Made by a program: the position numbers and the translations under genes. Below, one piece after another: positions 1 to 8,796 of a stretch of DNA of 40,670 nucleotides. Within the stretch, counting starts at the first letter, position 1. Each line of letters starts with the position of its first letter. The notes beneath the pieces were generated by a model, which was not told the DNA's origin, ran no database searches, and was given only the letters and a program-made list of their open reading frames with translations. This DNA is from a virus: IMG/VR virus record IMGVR_UViG_3300030521_000004, positions 1 through 40,670 of that record; one strand, 5' to 3'.

Positions 1-127
1 GTGGCGGAAGGCGCGGTCGTCCCGGCTTCCGGCCCCGCGGTGAAGGTGTCGGTCGGTCCGAACTGCGCGCCCGTGTCGTTCGCCGTAGCGGTGACGTTCT
101 GTCGGCCAAAGGATGGGTCGCCGGGAT
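1..127. repeat. Left copy of exact 127-bp end overlap (identical to 40544-40670)
   Basis: Base-by-base comparison of the two window ends; identical over all 127 nt. Confidence 0.95.
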
Positions 128-455
128 CGACTGCGCCGGGTGGTGCCGGAGGGGCGACCATCTGGCGGAGGAGCTGCGCCTGGGTTTGCTGATCGTTGCC
201 GCGGCGATCAGGGTTGCCGCTGACAAGATCCTTTAGCTGCTGACCCTTGAATGACGTGAGCCCGCCAGCTTGGTCCGTTAGACCAGTCTTTTTACCAAGA
301 TCGCTGACCGCCTTTGGCGATCGTAGACCGAACAAACCGTTGCCGATTGGCCCAGATTTAGAGGTGCCCCCGGTCTTCCCAGCATCGGGTGCCGCCTTCG
401 CACTCGCAGCCTTGGCTTTCGCCCGTTCCGCTGCCTGTTCACCCGGTCCAGCCAT
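1..455 (-). CDS. 5' (N-terminal) portion of junction-spanning gene; Gly/Pro/Ala-rich internal/ejection protein candidate
   Basis: ATG at 455 with GAGGAG 6 nt upstream. The frame has no stop down to base 1 and continues in phase at 40543. Absent from the ORF track because it runs off the window. Confidence 0.65.
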   Translation of the reverse strand, partial: MAGPGEQAAERAKAKAASAKAAPDAGKTGGTSKSGPIGNGLFGLRSPKAVSDLGKKTGLTDQAGGLTSFKGQQLKDLVSGNPDRRGNDQQTQAQLLRQMVAPPAPPGAVDPGDPSFGRQNVTATANDTGAQFGPTDTFTAGPEAGTTAPSA

Positions 456-534
456 CAGCCGCTCCTCGGTAGCCGCAAAGCAAAATGCGGCGAGTAATAC
501 GCAGAATGTAGCACATACCAGCGCCCGGCGCACG

Positions 535-870
535 TCACTGGGCCAGCCGCTTGTGAGCCGCAACGTGTTCCTGCCAATTCAAGAAATACCAGTTCTCGCG
601 CTCGTCTCGGCTCTGCCACTCGACGCCCTGCAGATCAGTCCCGTCCAGCCCGAGCACACCGTTAAGCTCGTTGTGATACGCTTGGTGGCGTAAAGCGAAC
701 CCCTTGAGGTCACCCGGTTCGACGGGATCGATGACATAGGTCGGCAGGAACACGCTGAGCCGCAGCCGGATCAGATCCACAATCGCTTGGTGATCCTGTG
801 CGTGGGCGAAAAACCATTCACTCTCGCCGTGCGGACTTGACGGTGGACGCAAGATCATTGCCAGAGACAT
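535..870 (-). CDS. hypothetical protein, 111 aa, His-rich
   Basis: Track ORF; ATG 870 with GAGG 5 nt upstream; no motif recognised. Confidence 0.6.
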   Translation of the reverse strand: MSLAMILRPPSSPHGESEWFFAHAQDHQAIVDLIRLRLSVFLPTYVIDPVEPGDLKGFALRHQAYHNELNGVLGLDGTDLQGVEWQSRDERENWYFLNWQEHVAAHKRLAQ

Positions 871-908
871 GACAGCCTCACTGACCTATTGAATTTCTCT
901 TGGGGCGG

Positions 909-1088
909 TCACTCTCTTTCGCGGTAACGCCCGCTGACCGTATCCCGGTACGGCAGCCTCTCCGTCGTCCGGCCCGGCTCATACGAACTGATCGTAACCT
1001 TGCCGCCCGAGACGCGTCCGACGCCGTTCGGTGATTCGATCTTCACCGTGCCGCGCGGCTTGGACGGGAACTCGCCTTGCTTTTCCAT
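909..1088 (-). CDS. small hypothetical protein, 59 aa
   Basis: Track ORF 909..1106 (TTG start) trimmed to ATG 1088, which has GGAG about 7 nt upstream. Confidence 0.5.
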   Translation of the reverse strand: MEKQGEFPSKPRGTVKIESPNGVGRVSGGKVTISSYEPGRTTERLPYRDTVSGRYRERE

Positions 1089-1106
1089 TTTAGTCTCCTC
1101 TCTCAA

Positions 1107-1940
1107 TTAGTGAATCGCGTTGCCTTGGAAGTAGGTATCCGTCACCGTGCCATCGACATCGGCAGCGCCAGCCGAGGCTTGGAACGCGAATATCTCGAAA
1201 AAGTCCGTCGTACCGTTCGCCACCACCATGCAAGACACAAAGGTGCCATTGGCACCCGTGCCTGATGCCTTGGTGGTGGTCTCTTTTTCCAACGCACCGT
1301 TCTTGTAGACGGCGAGTTTCATCGGCGACGTGTCATTGCCGATCGACACCCAGAGCAGACCGGCGATGATCTGGTACTTGCCGGCTGCGGTCGGGATGTA
1401 CTTGCTGTTCGGCGCATCATACTGCCCGGTCACGTCAAACACTTCGGTCGTGAACGTGACTTTGGTATAGGTCGAGGCCGCGACGCCGGTCTGATTGACG
1501 CCGCCCTTGGTCGCCGAGAACCCGGAAAAAGAGCTGCCGGCAGACGCTGGTATCACGTTGAAGACATGGAACCCGCCGGCTCCGCTGTTCAGCGCCACGT
1601 CATAGACGAAGTAATACGCCTCGCCCGCTACCACGTCGCTGGCACCCATCGCTGTCGGCCCTGCGACGGACGCCTTGTAGCAGTTGAGCAGCCCAGGCGA
1701 CGCGAGTCCTGCAGTGACCGCAGCGGCCGATGTATTCGGGATGACGGCAACGAACGCCTGGAGCTGATTATAGGCTGTGATGGTCGGCGTATTCGCCGCA
1801 GCCGTCAGCGTGTAAGCGTTGGTGCCGGCCGCCGTGCAGGGGATCGTCGCGATAGCACCGAGAGCTGCGAAATTCTGATCAAGCAGCGCAGCCGCGACGT
1901 TGCCGGCGGGCAGGTTGGCGAAGATTGTTGGCAGTGCCAT
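1107..1940 (-). CDS. tail fibre / receptor-binding protein candidate, 277 aa
   Basis: N-terminus MALPTIFANLPAGN and a Gly/Ala/Thr-rich beta-type C-terminal half; lies just downstream of the large tail genes. Confidence 0.6.
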   Translation of the reverse strand: MALPTIFANLPAGNVAAALLDQNFAALGAIATIPCTAAGTNAYTLTAAANTPTITAYNQLQAFVAVIPNTSAAAVTAGLASPGLLNCYKASVAGPTAMGASDVVAGEAYYFVYDVALNSGAGGFHVFNVIPASAGSSFSGFSATKGGVNQTGVAASTYTKVTFTTEVFDVTGQYDAPNSKYIPTAAGKYQIIAGLLWVSIGNDTSPMKLAVYKNGALEKETTTKASGTGANGTFVSCMVVANGTTDFFEIFAFQASAGAADVDGTVTDTYFQGNAIH

Positions 1941-1971
1941 TTATCTAGGTCTTTCTCGCGCGTCGCGCCGC

Positions 1972-3828
1972 TTACGGGCTGGAGATGTTATAGTCCTGGT
2001 ACAGGATCGAAATCGAGACGTAGACGAAATCCTTGTTAAAGCTGGTGAGTGTCGCCCCCATGATCTCACCATAGGTCTGCGCCGGGCCTCGGCTGATGAC
2101 GTAGCCAGTGACGACGAAGAATATGTTCTGAAAGAGCGAGTTCTGAAATTGCAGGATGCCGCCCGTGCTGTTCACGAAGGTCAGCACACCAGCGCCGCCG
2201 AGCGGCACCTGAATCGGCACGTTCTCAGTATCGATCTGGAACGTCGTCATCAGCGGGTCGCCGACGAAGTTATTGAAGACCTGCAGATAAGCCGCCAGAG
2301 ATTGCTTGGTGACGATGTTGCCGCTGCCGGTCCAGAGCTTGGTCTGCAGCCACTTCTTGAGCGCGCTGGAAGCCGTCGCGTACATCGGGAACAGGGCCGT
2401 GGTGGTATAGCCCCATGCGGTGATGTTTGAGTTCAGCTCCTGCAGCGCGATTGCGGTCGGGTTCGAGCCCTGCGAACCGACAAACCATTTCGTGCCATCC
2501 CAGAGGCACATGTACCGGCGCAACGTCGCGTCCACCGGATCATTCGACTTCACCAGCAGCATGTAGCACTTGACGCCGTAGAGCGTCATCGCGGCAGCGC
2601 TCGGCGTGAACGTGGTAAAATCCGCATTGGCAAAGATGCCGTCGAGCTGGGGCGAGACTTTCTCCGCCGCACCGCCATAGAGCGCGTAGACGCCGGATGA
2701 ATTGGGGAAGACCAGCGCGCGGCCGAAAGGCTGGACCGCGTCGCGCCATTGCGTGCCGACCTGCGGGTCAACGTTTGAGTTGTTGAACGTCGTCGTGGCC
2801 GGCGACCCGCTGGTGTTGACGTTCGAGATGACGTTGATCGAGGAGTCGCCCCAGTAGTAGAGGAACCCGTTCGATTGCCTGAGAGCCACCACGCGGTAGC
2901 GCAGGAACGAGTCAGCCGCCTGGAATGAGCCACCGCCGTTCGCGGTAGAGAAGTCGCCGACATTGTTCGGCGCGCTGAATGTGATCGTGGTCGGACTGGC
3001 AGCCGGGGCCCCGATCCAGATCCGGCCGCTGTAGACTTCGATGCAAAGCCCGGAGACACCAAACGGCATAAGCTGCACGGTCGCGGTCGCGGGCGTCGTG
3101 AAGCCACCGCCGGTAAACGCCAGAGTCACCGTCTCGCCGATCTTATACCCGGTGCCGGGGTTGGTGATCTGCACCGAGGTGACCGAGCCATTCGTTACTG
3201 TCGCGGTCGCTGTGGCCCCGGAGCCGGAGCCGCCGGAGAACCCCACGGTCGGAGCGCTGGTATAGCCGGCGCCGGCCGCTGTGATGGTGACCTGCGGCTG
3301 CAGCGAGCCCGCACCGAACAGCGACGTGCCGTCCCAGATGAAATATCCGTTCGTGGCACCGAGGACCGAGTCATCAACCACGATCAGGAGATACTTGGAC
3401 CCCCATTGGCAGCAGCCTGGCGTGAAACTGGCCGTGCAGCGGAACGTATTTGCCGTGGCCGTGATGGTGGTCGTGGCGCCATCGGATTGGCGCACCTGCA
3501 CGGCCGTACCGTTGTCCAGGAAAACGGCCCAGTAGGATACCGCGGCGAGATTGAAGGGGAACGAGAGGACGATGGTTCGCCCAACGCCCGGTGTGTAGAT
3601 CGATGCACCATTGTCATAGAGCGCCCGCAGGTTGCCGTCCCCGATGGGGATCATGTTTTCCAGCCAAGCGAACTCGTTATCGTCAATGCTGGTGCGCTTG
3701 GCTTTCGTATTGAGCGTGCCGAACTTTTCCAGAATCAGCCGCTGCGACGAAGACTGCGGCGTTTGGCCGGCAGCGGGTAGCCCGCCGCGCGCCTGGCCCG
3801 GGTCGCTCTGCCCGCCGTCCGGCGTCAT
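1972..3828 (-). CDS. large tail (nozzle / tail-tube-B-like) virion protein, 618 aa
   Basis: Track ORF 1972..3921 trimmed to ATG 3828, which overlaps the upstream TGA as ATGA. Carries GxGY modules. Size and position fit a podovirus nozzle protein. Confidence 0.55.
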   Translation of the reverse strand: MTPDGGQSDPGQARGGLPAAGQTPQSSSQRLILEKFGTLNTKAKRTSIDDNEFAWLENMIPIGDGNLRALYDNGASIYTPGVGRTIVLSFPFNLAAVSYWAVFLDNGTAVQVRQSDGATTTITATANTFRCTASFTPGCCQWGSKYLLIVVDDSVLGATNGYFIWDGTSLFGAGSLQPQVTITAAGAGYTSAPTVGFSGGSGSGATATATVTNGSVTSVQITNPGTGYKIGETVTLAFTGGGFTTPATATVQLMPFGVSGLCIEVYSGRIWIGAPAASPTTITFSAPNNVGDFSTANGGGSFQAADSFLRYRVVALRQSNGFLYYWGDSSINVISNVNTSGSPATTTFNNSNVDPQVGTQWRDAVQPFGRALVFPNSSGVYALYGGAAEKVSPQLDGIFANADFTTFTPSAAAMTLYGVKCYMLLVKSNDPVDATLRRYMCLWDGTKWFVGSQGSNPTAIALQELNSNITAWGYTTTALFPMYATASSALKKWLQTKLWTGSGNIVTKQSLAAYLQVFNNFVGDPLMTTFQIDTENVPIQVPLGGAGVLTFVNSTGGILQFQNSLFQNIFFVVTGYVISRGPAQTYGEIMGATLTSFNKDFVYVSISILYQDYNISSP

Positions 3829-4523
3829 GCCGAGGCCACCGGGCTGCCGTAGAACCCAGGCACCATGATCTGATTCGAGAATGCAGTCCCGCGCTGCATG
3901 AACTTCACGAACTCCGCCCACATCGCCTGCGCGTCGGCCGGGCGCTGCGCGTTGAGATACGCCTTATAGGCCGCATAGAACGGAATAGCGTCGGTCCAGG
4001 GGTAGGGGATCGCCTCGGGCGAGCTATCGCTCGTGAGCACAGATGGCAGGCAGTAGCAGTCCCAGTCCATGGAAAATGCGCCGCTCGGAATCGGCCAGAC
4101 ATAGACCGAGCCGCGGGCGCCCTGCGAGTATTGTGCCCAAACGGTCGGGTAGCTCTCGATCCCGACGTTATAGGAGCGCAGGTACGCTTGGAAGGCACTC
4201 CAGGCCATCTGATCGAGCACCGGCTTTAGCGTAGTGCCTTGATTCACGGCGATCGTAATCACGCCCATGATGCTATCGACGCCGGGGAAATTCGCCTGGA
4301 TGACCGGATTGATGGTGGAGAAGTTGTAGACTTCCTGCCCGAGCACGGTCTGATTCTGGCTAGGGTTTAGACTCGGCGGCAAAACGCGAACGCACATCGC
4401 CTCAGCAGCGATCTGTCGGCGACCCTCGTTGATGTAACCGACCAGATCCGTCTGCGTATAGAAGACCGCATTCGGATCATGCAGCAGAAGCTGGGTGCTG
4501 GTGATATAGGCAGTCAGGGCCAA
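3825..4523 (-). CDS. virion structural protein, head-tail adaptor candidate, 232 aa
   Basis: TTG start at 4523 with AAGGAG 9 nt upstream; first in-frame ATG is 42 codons downstream; lies between head and tail genes. Confidence 0.55.
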   Translation of the reverse strand: MALTAYITSTQLLLHDPNAVFYTQTDLVGYINEGRRQIAAEAMCVRVLPPSLNPSQNQTVLGQEVYNFSTINPVIQANFPGVDSIMGVITIAVNQGTTLKPVLDQMAWSAFQAYLRSYNVGIESYPTVWAQYSQGARGSVYVWPIPSGAFSMDWDCYCLPSVLTSDSSPEAIPYPWTDAIPFYAAYKAYLNAQRPADAQAMWAEFVKFMQRGTAFSNQIMVPGFYGSPVASA

Positions 4524-4546
4524 GTCTGATTACTCCTTGGCCCTGA
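4514..4546 (-). promoter_or_regulatory. 11-bp perfect stem / 11-nt loop hairpin enclosing the RBS and TTG start of the 3825..4523 gene
   Basis: TCAGGGCCAAG (4514-4524) is the exact reverse complement of CTTGGCCCTGA (4536-4546). Confidence 0.6.
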
Positions 4547-4590
4547 GCCCTGGGTACTGGTCCCCTATGACGCCCGCGAGGCCGTATCGG

Positions 4591-5730
4591 TTAGAACGGC
4601 TGGATGTAGCTGGTATCCGTAGTCCCGCCGACCGTAAACGTACCCACGCCCCAGGTGGTGGGAAGATTGCTCGGCGTGTTGATGGCGCTCGGCACCGCCT
4701 GCAGGCCGAACCCGGCGTCCTCGATCACAATGCCGGTTGCCGTGGTGGCACCGCCGGCCGTCGAGGTGCCGACCAGGCGCGCGGGGCGCGGGAAGGTGAG
4801 CCCGGTATCCGAGATCGGGCCGGCCGTGTTCGAGGCGCGCGTACCGGCGACGATGTTGCCGACAGACTGCACCACGAACGGCAGAGACGTGCCATAAGCC
4901 GCACCCGCCGTCGTCACGGTGTAGCCGGTGACGGTGAAGTTCATGATCGCAGTGACGGCGATCGTGGAGGCCGGCGAGAACGTGAATGTGGGAACGGCGG
5001 TCAGCACCGTGCCCGGATCGGTCGGGTAAAGCGCCGTGAGGGTGCCCGAGCCCACCAGCGTCGCGTTGACGGTCAGTACACCGCCCGAGCCCGTGGTATC
5101 GCGCGGGTCGTTGATGATGGTGATCGTCGGCGCCAGCGTGTAGCCCGCACCCTGATTGGTGACGGTGACAGAGCTGATGGCACCGGCCGAGATGACAGCG
5201 ATGCCGGTCGCCTGGATGCCGCCAGCCGGCGGGGCGGAGAAGACCAGAGTTGGCGCAAAGGTGTAGAGCGTGCCGGCAGTCGTCACGGTCACGGTCGAGT
5301 TGATCGCGCCGCCGACCACCGAAACCCAGACGCTCGCTCCAGCGCTCGGCGTAATGGTGACGGTGCCGATGCCATTGGTGAGGCCGGTACCGGCGTTCGT
5401 GATCAGGCCGCCGACCGGAGTGCCGGTCAGGTTCGCCAGACGCACGTTCGAGCCGTCGCTATCGACCGGGATCGGCCCGAGGGTGGGCGAAGCGTTGATC
5501 GTGGTCCAGTCACCCGTGACCGGGTCTTTGAGCTGCATCGAAGTATAGGCGCCGAGGGCGACCAGATACGTACCAGATGGCAGGTTCTGGATGCGCGCGG
5601 GTGGCAAGGTGATCGCGTTGCTGCCGCCAGTCGGATTCGAGATGCCCGTTACCGGGTTCGGTATGCGCGAACCGATCGCGCCCGTGAGGCTGAGGCCGAT
5701 ACCGGGGCCGCCGATGCGAGGGGATGCCAT
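4591..5730 (-). CDS. repeat-containing virion surface protein (head decoration/fibre candidate), 379 aa
   Basis: Follows the capsid gene directly with AGGAGA RBS. Gly/Thr/Ala/Val-rich with repeated ..VT(V)TNxGxGYTxAPT.. modules. Confidence 0.6.
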   Translation of the reverse strand: MASPRIGGPGIGLSLTGAIGSRIPNPVTGISNPTGGSNAITLPPARIQNLPSGTYLVALGAYTSMQLKDPVTGDWTTINASPTLGPIPVDSDGSNVRLANLTGTPVGGLITNAGTGLTNGIGTVTITPSAGASVWVSVVGGAINSTVTVTTAGTLYTFAPTLVFSAPPAGGIQATGIAVISAGAISSVTVTNQGAGYTLAPTITIINDPRDTTGSGGVLTVNATLVGSGTLTALYPTDPGTVLTAVPTFTFSPASTIAVTAIMNFTVTGYTVTTAGAAYGTSLPFVVQSVGNIVAGTRASNTAGPISDTGLTFPRPARLVGTSTAGGATTATGIVIEDAGFGLQAVPSAINTPSNLPTTWGVGTFTVGGTTDTSYIQPF

Positions 5731-5763
5731 TTCAGTATATCTCCTGTTTTCTCTCTCGCCCGG

Positions 5764-6786
5764 TTACCAAGCGCCGCCGGTAATGCCGGTGATCTGCCCG
5801 CCGCTCGCCGGCTTGGTGCAAACCGGCTCAAGGACGGTGATCAAAACGCCAACATTGGCGATCTGCAGGTTCGGGATGGCGCTGTAGAAGCCGGAGAACG
5901 CGAAATCCGCATCCTCGGAGATGTACATCGCCAGATATTTCGAGTTGATGAGGTAGGCCGTGCCCTTGGGGCAGAACGGATCGGCGAAAATCGGCGTGTC
6001 GCCCAGCATCAGGCCGCGGAAGCCGGCGTTGATCACATCGTCCTTGCCGTAGCGCGAGCCCGGCGACGTGTTGAACTGCTCGACGCCCATGAAATCGGTC
6101 ATCAGGGTCGTCCAATCCTGGAACGACATGACGCAGAAATCGGGGGCCTCGCCGCCGGCATTGGAGGTGACGTGCACCAGTTCCTTGATGAAGGCGATGC
6201 GGGTCAGGATGGCACCCGCCGAGGTCTTCAGATAGGACTTCCAGAACGCGTTTCCGGCGGTCGAGCGGTTGATGCCGCCGTAGGTCGTCACGTTCGTGCC
6301 GTCGTCATAAGCTTCCGGCAGGCCGTTGATGACTTGGCCCCCGGGTGCCGCCGAATTGTTGGTGAACAGCGAGGTCGAGACGGTCTGCACCCAGACGGTC
6401 TTTGCGTCAACCATGCGGGCCTCGAGCAGTGGAATCACCACCTCGCTCGACTGAATGATGGCTTCCATGCCCATGAACGGGATCGGAACCACGCCGAGCT
6501 TGAGATTGAACTCGGCATTCTGCGCCGCGGTCTGAACGCTCGGCTGCGGAAATACGCCGGAGTAGTCGGACCATGAGAAGCTGACGAAGCTCGACCCCTG
6601 GACCGGAACCGTGATCTGGCTTACGCCGCCCTTGGCGCGCTGGCCGTTGCGGAGCAGGAGCGACATGAGCGGAGTCGCCTGATAAATCTGCACCACCATC
6701 TTGGGGATGAAGGCGCGGCGCGTGACCGCTTGAAGTTCGGATCCAATTGCACCGCTCGGAACGATTCCGTTACCCAAAACCGGCAT
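5764..6786 (-). CDS. major capsid protein, 340 aa
   Basis: Size and position downstream of portal and scaffold; AAGGA RBS; ordinary globular composition. Call rests mainly on synteny. Confidence 0.7.
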   Translation of the reverse strand: MPVLGNGIVPSGAIGSELQAVTRRAFIPKMVVQIYQATPLMSLLLRNGQRAKGGVSQITVPVQGSSFVSFSWSDYSGVFPQPSVQTAAQNAEFNLKLGVVPIPFMGMEAIIQSSEVVIPLLEARMVDAKTVWVQTVSTSLFTNNSAAPGGQVINGLPEAYDDGTNVTTYGGINRSTAGNAFWKSYLKTSAGAILTRIAFIKELVHVTSNAGGEAPDFCVMSFQDWTTLMTDFMGVEQFNTSPGSRYGKDDVINAGFRGLMLGDTPIFADPFCPKGTAYLINSKYLAMYISEDADFAFSGFYSAIPNLQIANVGVLITVLEPVCTKPASGGQITGITGGAW

Positions 6787-6807
6787 TTTGTCTATCCTTT
6801 CAAAGTA

Positions 6808-7254
6808 TTAGCATAGACACGCCAGCCCCGAAACTGCTTCGGATGGAGTGTATTGCTGTACATCGAATCCATGGTCGCGCAGGAAAGTTGCGACGTGCTC
6901 AATCTTGTCTGAAACACGTTGGCCCTTGCCGTGACGGGATGACCACAGCTCCAAATTTTCAACCCGGTTGTCATTCCGGATGCCATTTCTGTGATGCACT
7001 GTTTCATCGGTCGTCAGTTTGCGCCCGAGATGGCGCTCCATGACCTGCCGATGTTCCTGGAATTGCTTCCCGCCCTTTTGGTGGACCACATATCCATTCT
7101 TGTCGATAAAACCAGTTCTCTGGCCTTCGTCAGCACATGCTTTTGAGCAGAACTTCTGTCGATATCGATAGCCGCCACACTGCTGCATGGGCACAGGGTA
7201 TGCCCGTTTACAAAACAAACAGTCTTGGTACGGCTGTGGCGCACGCTTTCCCAT
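6808..7254 (-). CDS. HNH homing endonuclease, 148 aa
   Basis: Motif [35 protein letters not shown] plus an N-terminal Cys cluster; visibly lower GC than the flanking genes. Confidence 0.85.
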   Translation of the reverse strand: MGKRAPQPYQDCLFCKRAYPVPMQQCGGYRYRQKFCSKACADEGQRTGFIDKNGYVVHQKGGKQFQEHRQVMERHLGRKLTTDETVHHRNGIRNDNRVENLELWSSRHGKGQRVSDKIEHVATFLRDHGFDVQQYTPSEAVSGLACLC

Positions 7255-7256
7255 GA

Positions 7257-7811
7257 TTACCGGGGGCTGCCCCAGCCGTATGTTTCGTTGCCGTAATCGG
7301 CCTTGCCGTTCTGTGCGAACTCGGTCAACACCTTGGCCGCCTCATCGCGGCCGAAGCGATCGGGGTCATCCAGCAGGCGCTTGAACTTCTCATCGTCCTT
7401 GTCGCCGATGTTCCAGTCATTCGACAGGATAGCAGGCGCCAGAGGCTTGGCCGGCGGATTCTGGCGCTCGAACAGCGCGGCCGCGGCGTCCACGTCGGGG
7501 ATCTGCCGCTTAAGCATCAGATCCTTCAGCTTCTCGATTCCGTCCTCGGTCCAGCCGTCTTGCTTGAGCTGGTCGAATTTCTTGTTGAAGCTGCCGTCGA
7601 TGATGTCGTCCTCGTACTTCTTCTTGAACGCCTTCAGTTCGTCCAGTTCGGCCCGCATTGGGGCGAGCGTCGGTTCGGCCAGCTCTTCATCGGTTACGAC
7701 GTTCGGATGCAGCGTCTTCACCAGCTTCTGAATCTCACGCTTGGTCTTCGGATTCGTCATGAGCTGATCGAGCAGCATGCGGGCGGATTGGTCGAGATTT
7801 ACTTCAGGCAT
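7257..7811 (-). CDS. scaffolding protein candidate, 184 aa
   Basis: Highly charged K/E/D/L-rich helical-looking product, placed between portal-side genes and the capsid gene. Confidence 0.55.
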   Translation of the reverse strand: MPEVNLDQSARMLLDQLMTNPKTKREIQKLVKTLHPNVVTDEELAEPTLAPMRAELDELKAFKKKYEDDIIDGSFNKKFDQLKQDGWTEDGIEKLKDLMLKRQIPDVDAAAALFERQNPPAKPLAPAILSNDWNIGDKDDEKFKRLLDDPDRFGRDEAAKVLTEFAQNGKADYGNETYGWGSPR

Positions 7812-7935
7812 TTCATTTCTCCCGTAGGAGCCCCTCTTCGAAGTCTATTTACGCCGAGAGCCGCGACGCTTGCCGCGGCCCATCTTCATCGCCATACCGG
7901 GGTAGGCCGTGCCCTTGCCTTTGCCGGTGCGCATC

Positions 7936-8106
7936 TCAGCCGCCCTTGCCGCCGACGTGGCTGAGCGTCATAGAATTTTTCACGTTCTTGGGCATCGAAG
8001 ACTTGCGCGCGCCCCACTCGGCGTTCGCCTGATCGACGCGGACGATCTTGGGGCTGCTGTCCATCAGCTTGTTGATGGAAGGGCCAGGAAAGTTCGGGTT
8101 GGGCAT
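7936..8106 (-). CDS. small hypothetical protein, 56 aa
   Basis: Track ORF 7936..8235 trimmed to ATG 8106 with TAGGAGA RBS 6 nt upstream. Confidence 0.45.
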   Translation of the reverse strand: MPNPNFPGPSINKLMDSSPKIVRVDQANAEWGARKSSMPKNVKNSMTLSHVGGKGG

Positions 8107-8116
8107 TTTCGGTCTC

Positions 8117-8584
8117 CTACAAGGATTCTGCTGTCTGCGATCGGTTACGCCGGCATCCCAGGCATACCGGCGGGCGGGCCACCTGCACCTGGGGGGGGCC
8201 GCCGGCACCGGCACCTGCGCCGGCACCAGCCCCACCTTGGCCGGCCGATCGCATCACGGATTGGAGCATTTGGCTTTGCTGCGCGTTGCGCTGGAGATCC
8301 GCCAGAGCCGTCATCTGCACGCCGTGAGTCTGGTCACCGGCGGGGACATGCTTGGCGAGCTTGGAAACTACATCGAGAACGTCCTTGTGCACCGGGGTGC
8401 CGGGCGGGACGTTTGGAAGCGCCATTTCGAGGATGCGGATAGCCTCCCCCACTTGGGCGAGGGCCTTTGCCGCAAGTCCCGGGTTGCCGGAGTGAACCGA
8501 CGCCGGACCTATTGGCCCCGGGGCAGGCATTTGCATCCCGCCGCCGGAACCTCCGCCTAGTGGAGAAGGCATCTGGAAAGCCAC
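8117..8584 (-). CDS. Gly/Ala/Pro/Met-rich protein, 155 aa; 3' end uncertain because of a C8 tract
   Basis: GTG 8584 with AGGGGA 4 nt upstream; (GA)n tract; homopolymer at 8191-8198. Confidence 0.55.
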   Translation of the reverse strand: MAFQMPSPLGGGSGGGMQMPAPGPIGPASVHSGNPGLAAKALAQVGEAIRILEMALPNVPPGTPVHKDVLDVVSKLAKHVPAGDQTHGVQMTALADLQRNAQQSQMLQSVMRSAGQGGAGAGAGAGAGGPPQVQVARPPVCLGCRRNRSQTAESL

Positions 8585-8796
8585 GCTATCCCCTGGAAGG
8601 ATGCGAAGCTGCTGGAAGTTCTACCGGCTTGGGTACCGCGGTGGGTAGAGCCCTTGCGAGCCCGCATTACCGGCCGGCGTGAGTTACTTCCGGCGGTGCT
8701 TGCGGCGACGAGCCATGGATACCTCGAAAGGTGCGGGGGTGAGGCTTCGAGTCATCATCGACCCCCTAGGTTACGCGCCCCGTTGCCGGAACGCGG

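Noticed and set aside
1-127. The 127-bp repeat as a genuine T7-type direct terminal repeat
   Set aside because: It lies entirely within a continuous open reading frame and carries no non-coding end features. Circular closure or an assembly k-mer overlap is the simpler reading, though read-terminus analysis is still needed.
1107-3828. Diversity-generating retroelement (variable repeat in the fibre C-terminus plus template repeat and reverse transcriptase)
   Set aside because: I found no reverse-transcriptase ORF anywhere in the window and no second, adenine-differing copy of the fibre 3' end.
4537-6576. 679-aa plus-strand ORF, with similar giants at 9010..11133 (707 aa) and 11207..12352 (381 aa)
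   Set aside because: They lie antisense to the capsid, portal and terminase genes, and their products are Arg/Gly/Asp/His-rich nonsense. Long stop-free antisense frames are expected in GC-rich coding DNA.
7845-8758. Tiny highly basic ORFs: 7845..7934 (MRTGKGKGTAYPGMAMKMGRGKRRGSRRK), 8684..8758 (MMTRSLTPAPFEVSMARRRKHRRK) and one starting MRARKG at about 8666
   Set aside because: Arg-rich peptides arise easily by chance in GC-rich DNA, and two of the three lack convincing RBSs. They are interesting only if ribosome profiling or virion proteomics supports them.
8585-8796. Possible tRNA or small RNA in the 212-nt portal-to-next-gene gap, and in the other gaps at 456-534 and 14328-14544
   Set aside because: No cloverleaf could be folded by eye (no acceptor stem with a T-arm GTTC-type motif). 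Only weak 5-6-bp stems are present. A tRNAscan/Infernal run would settle it.
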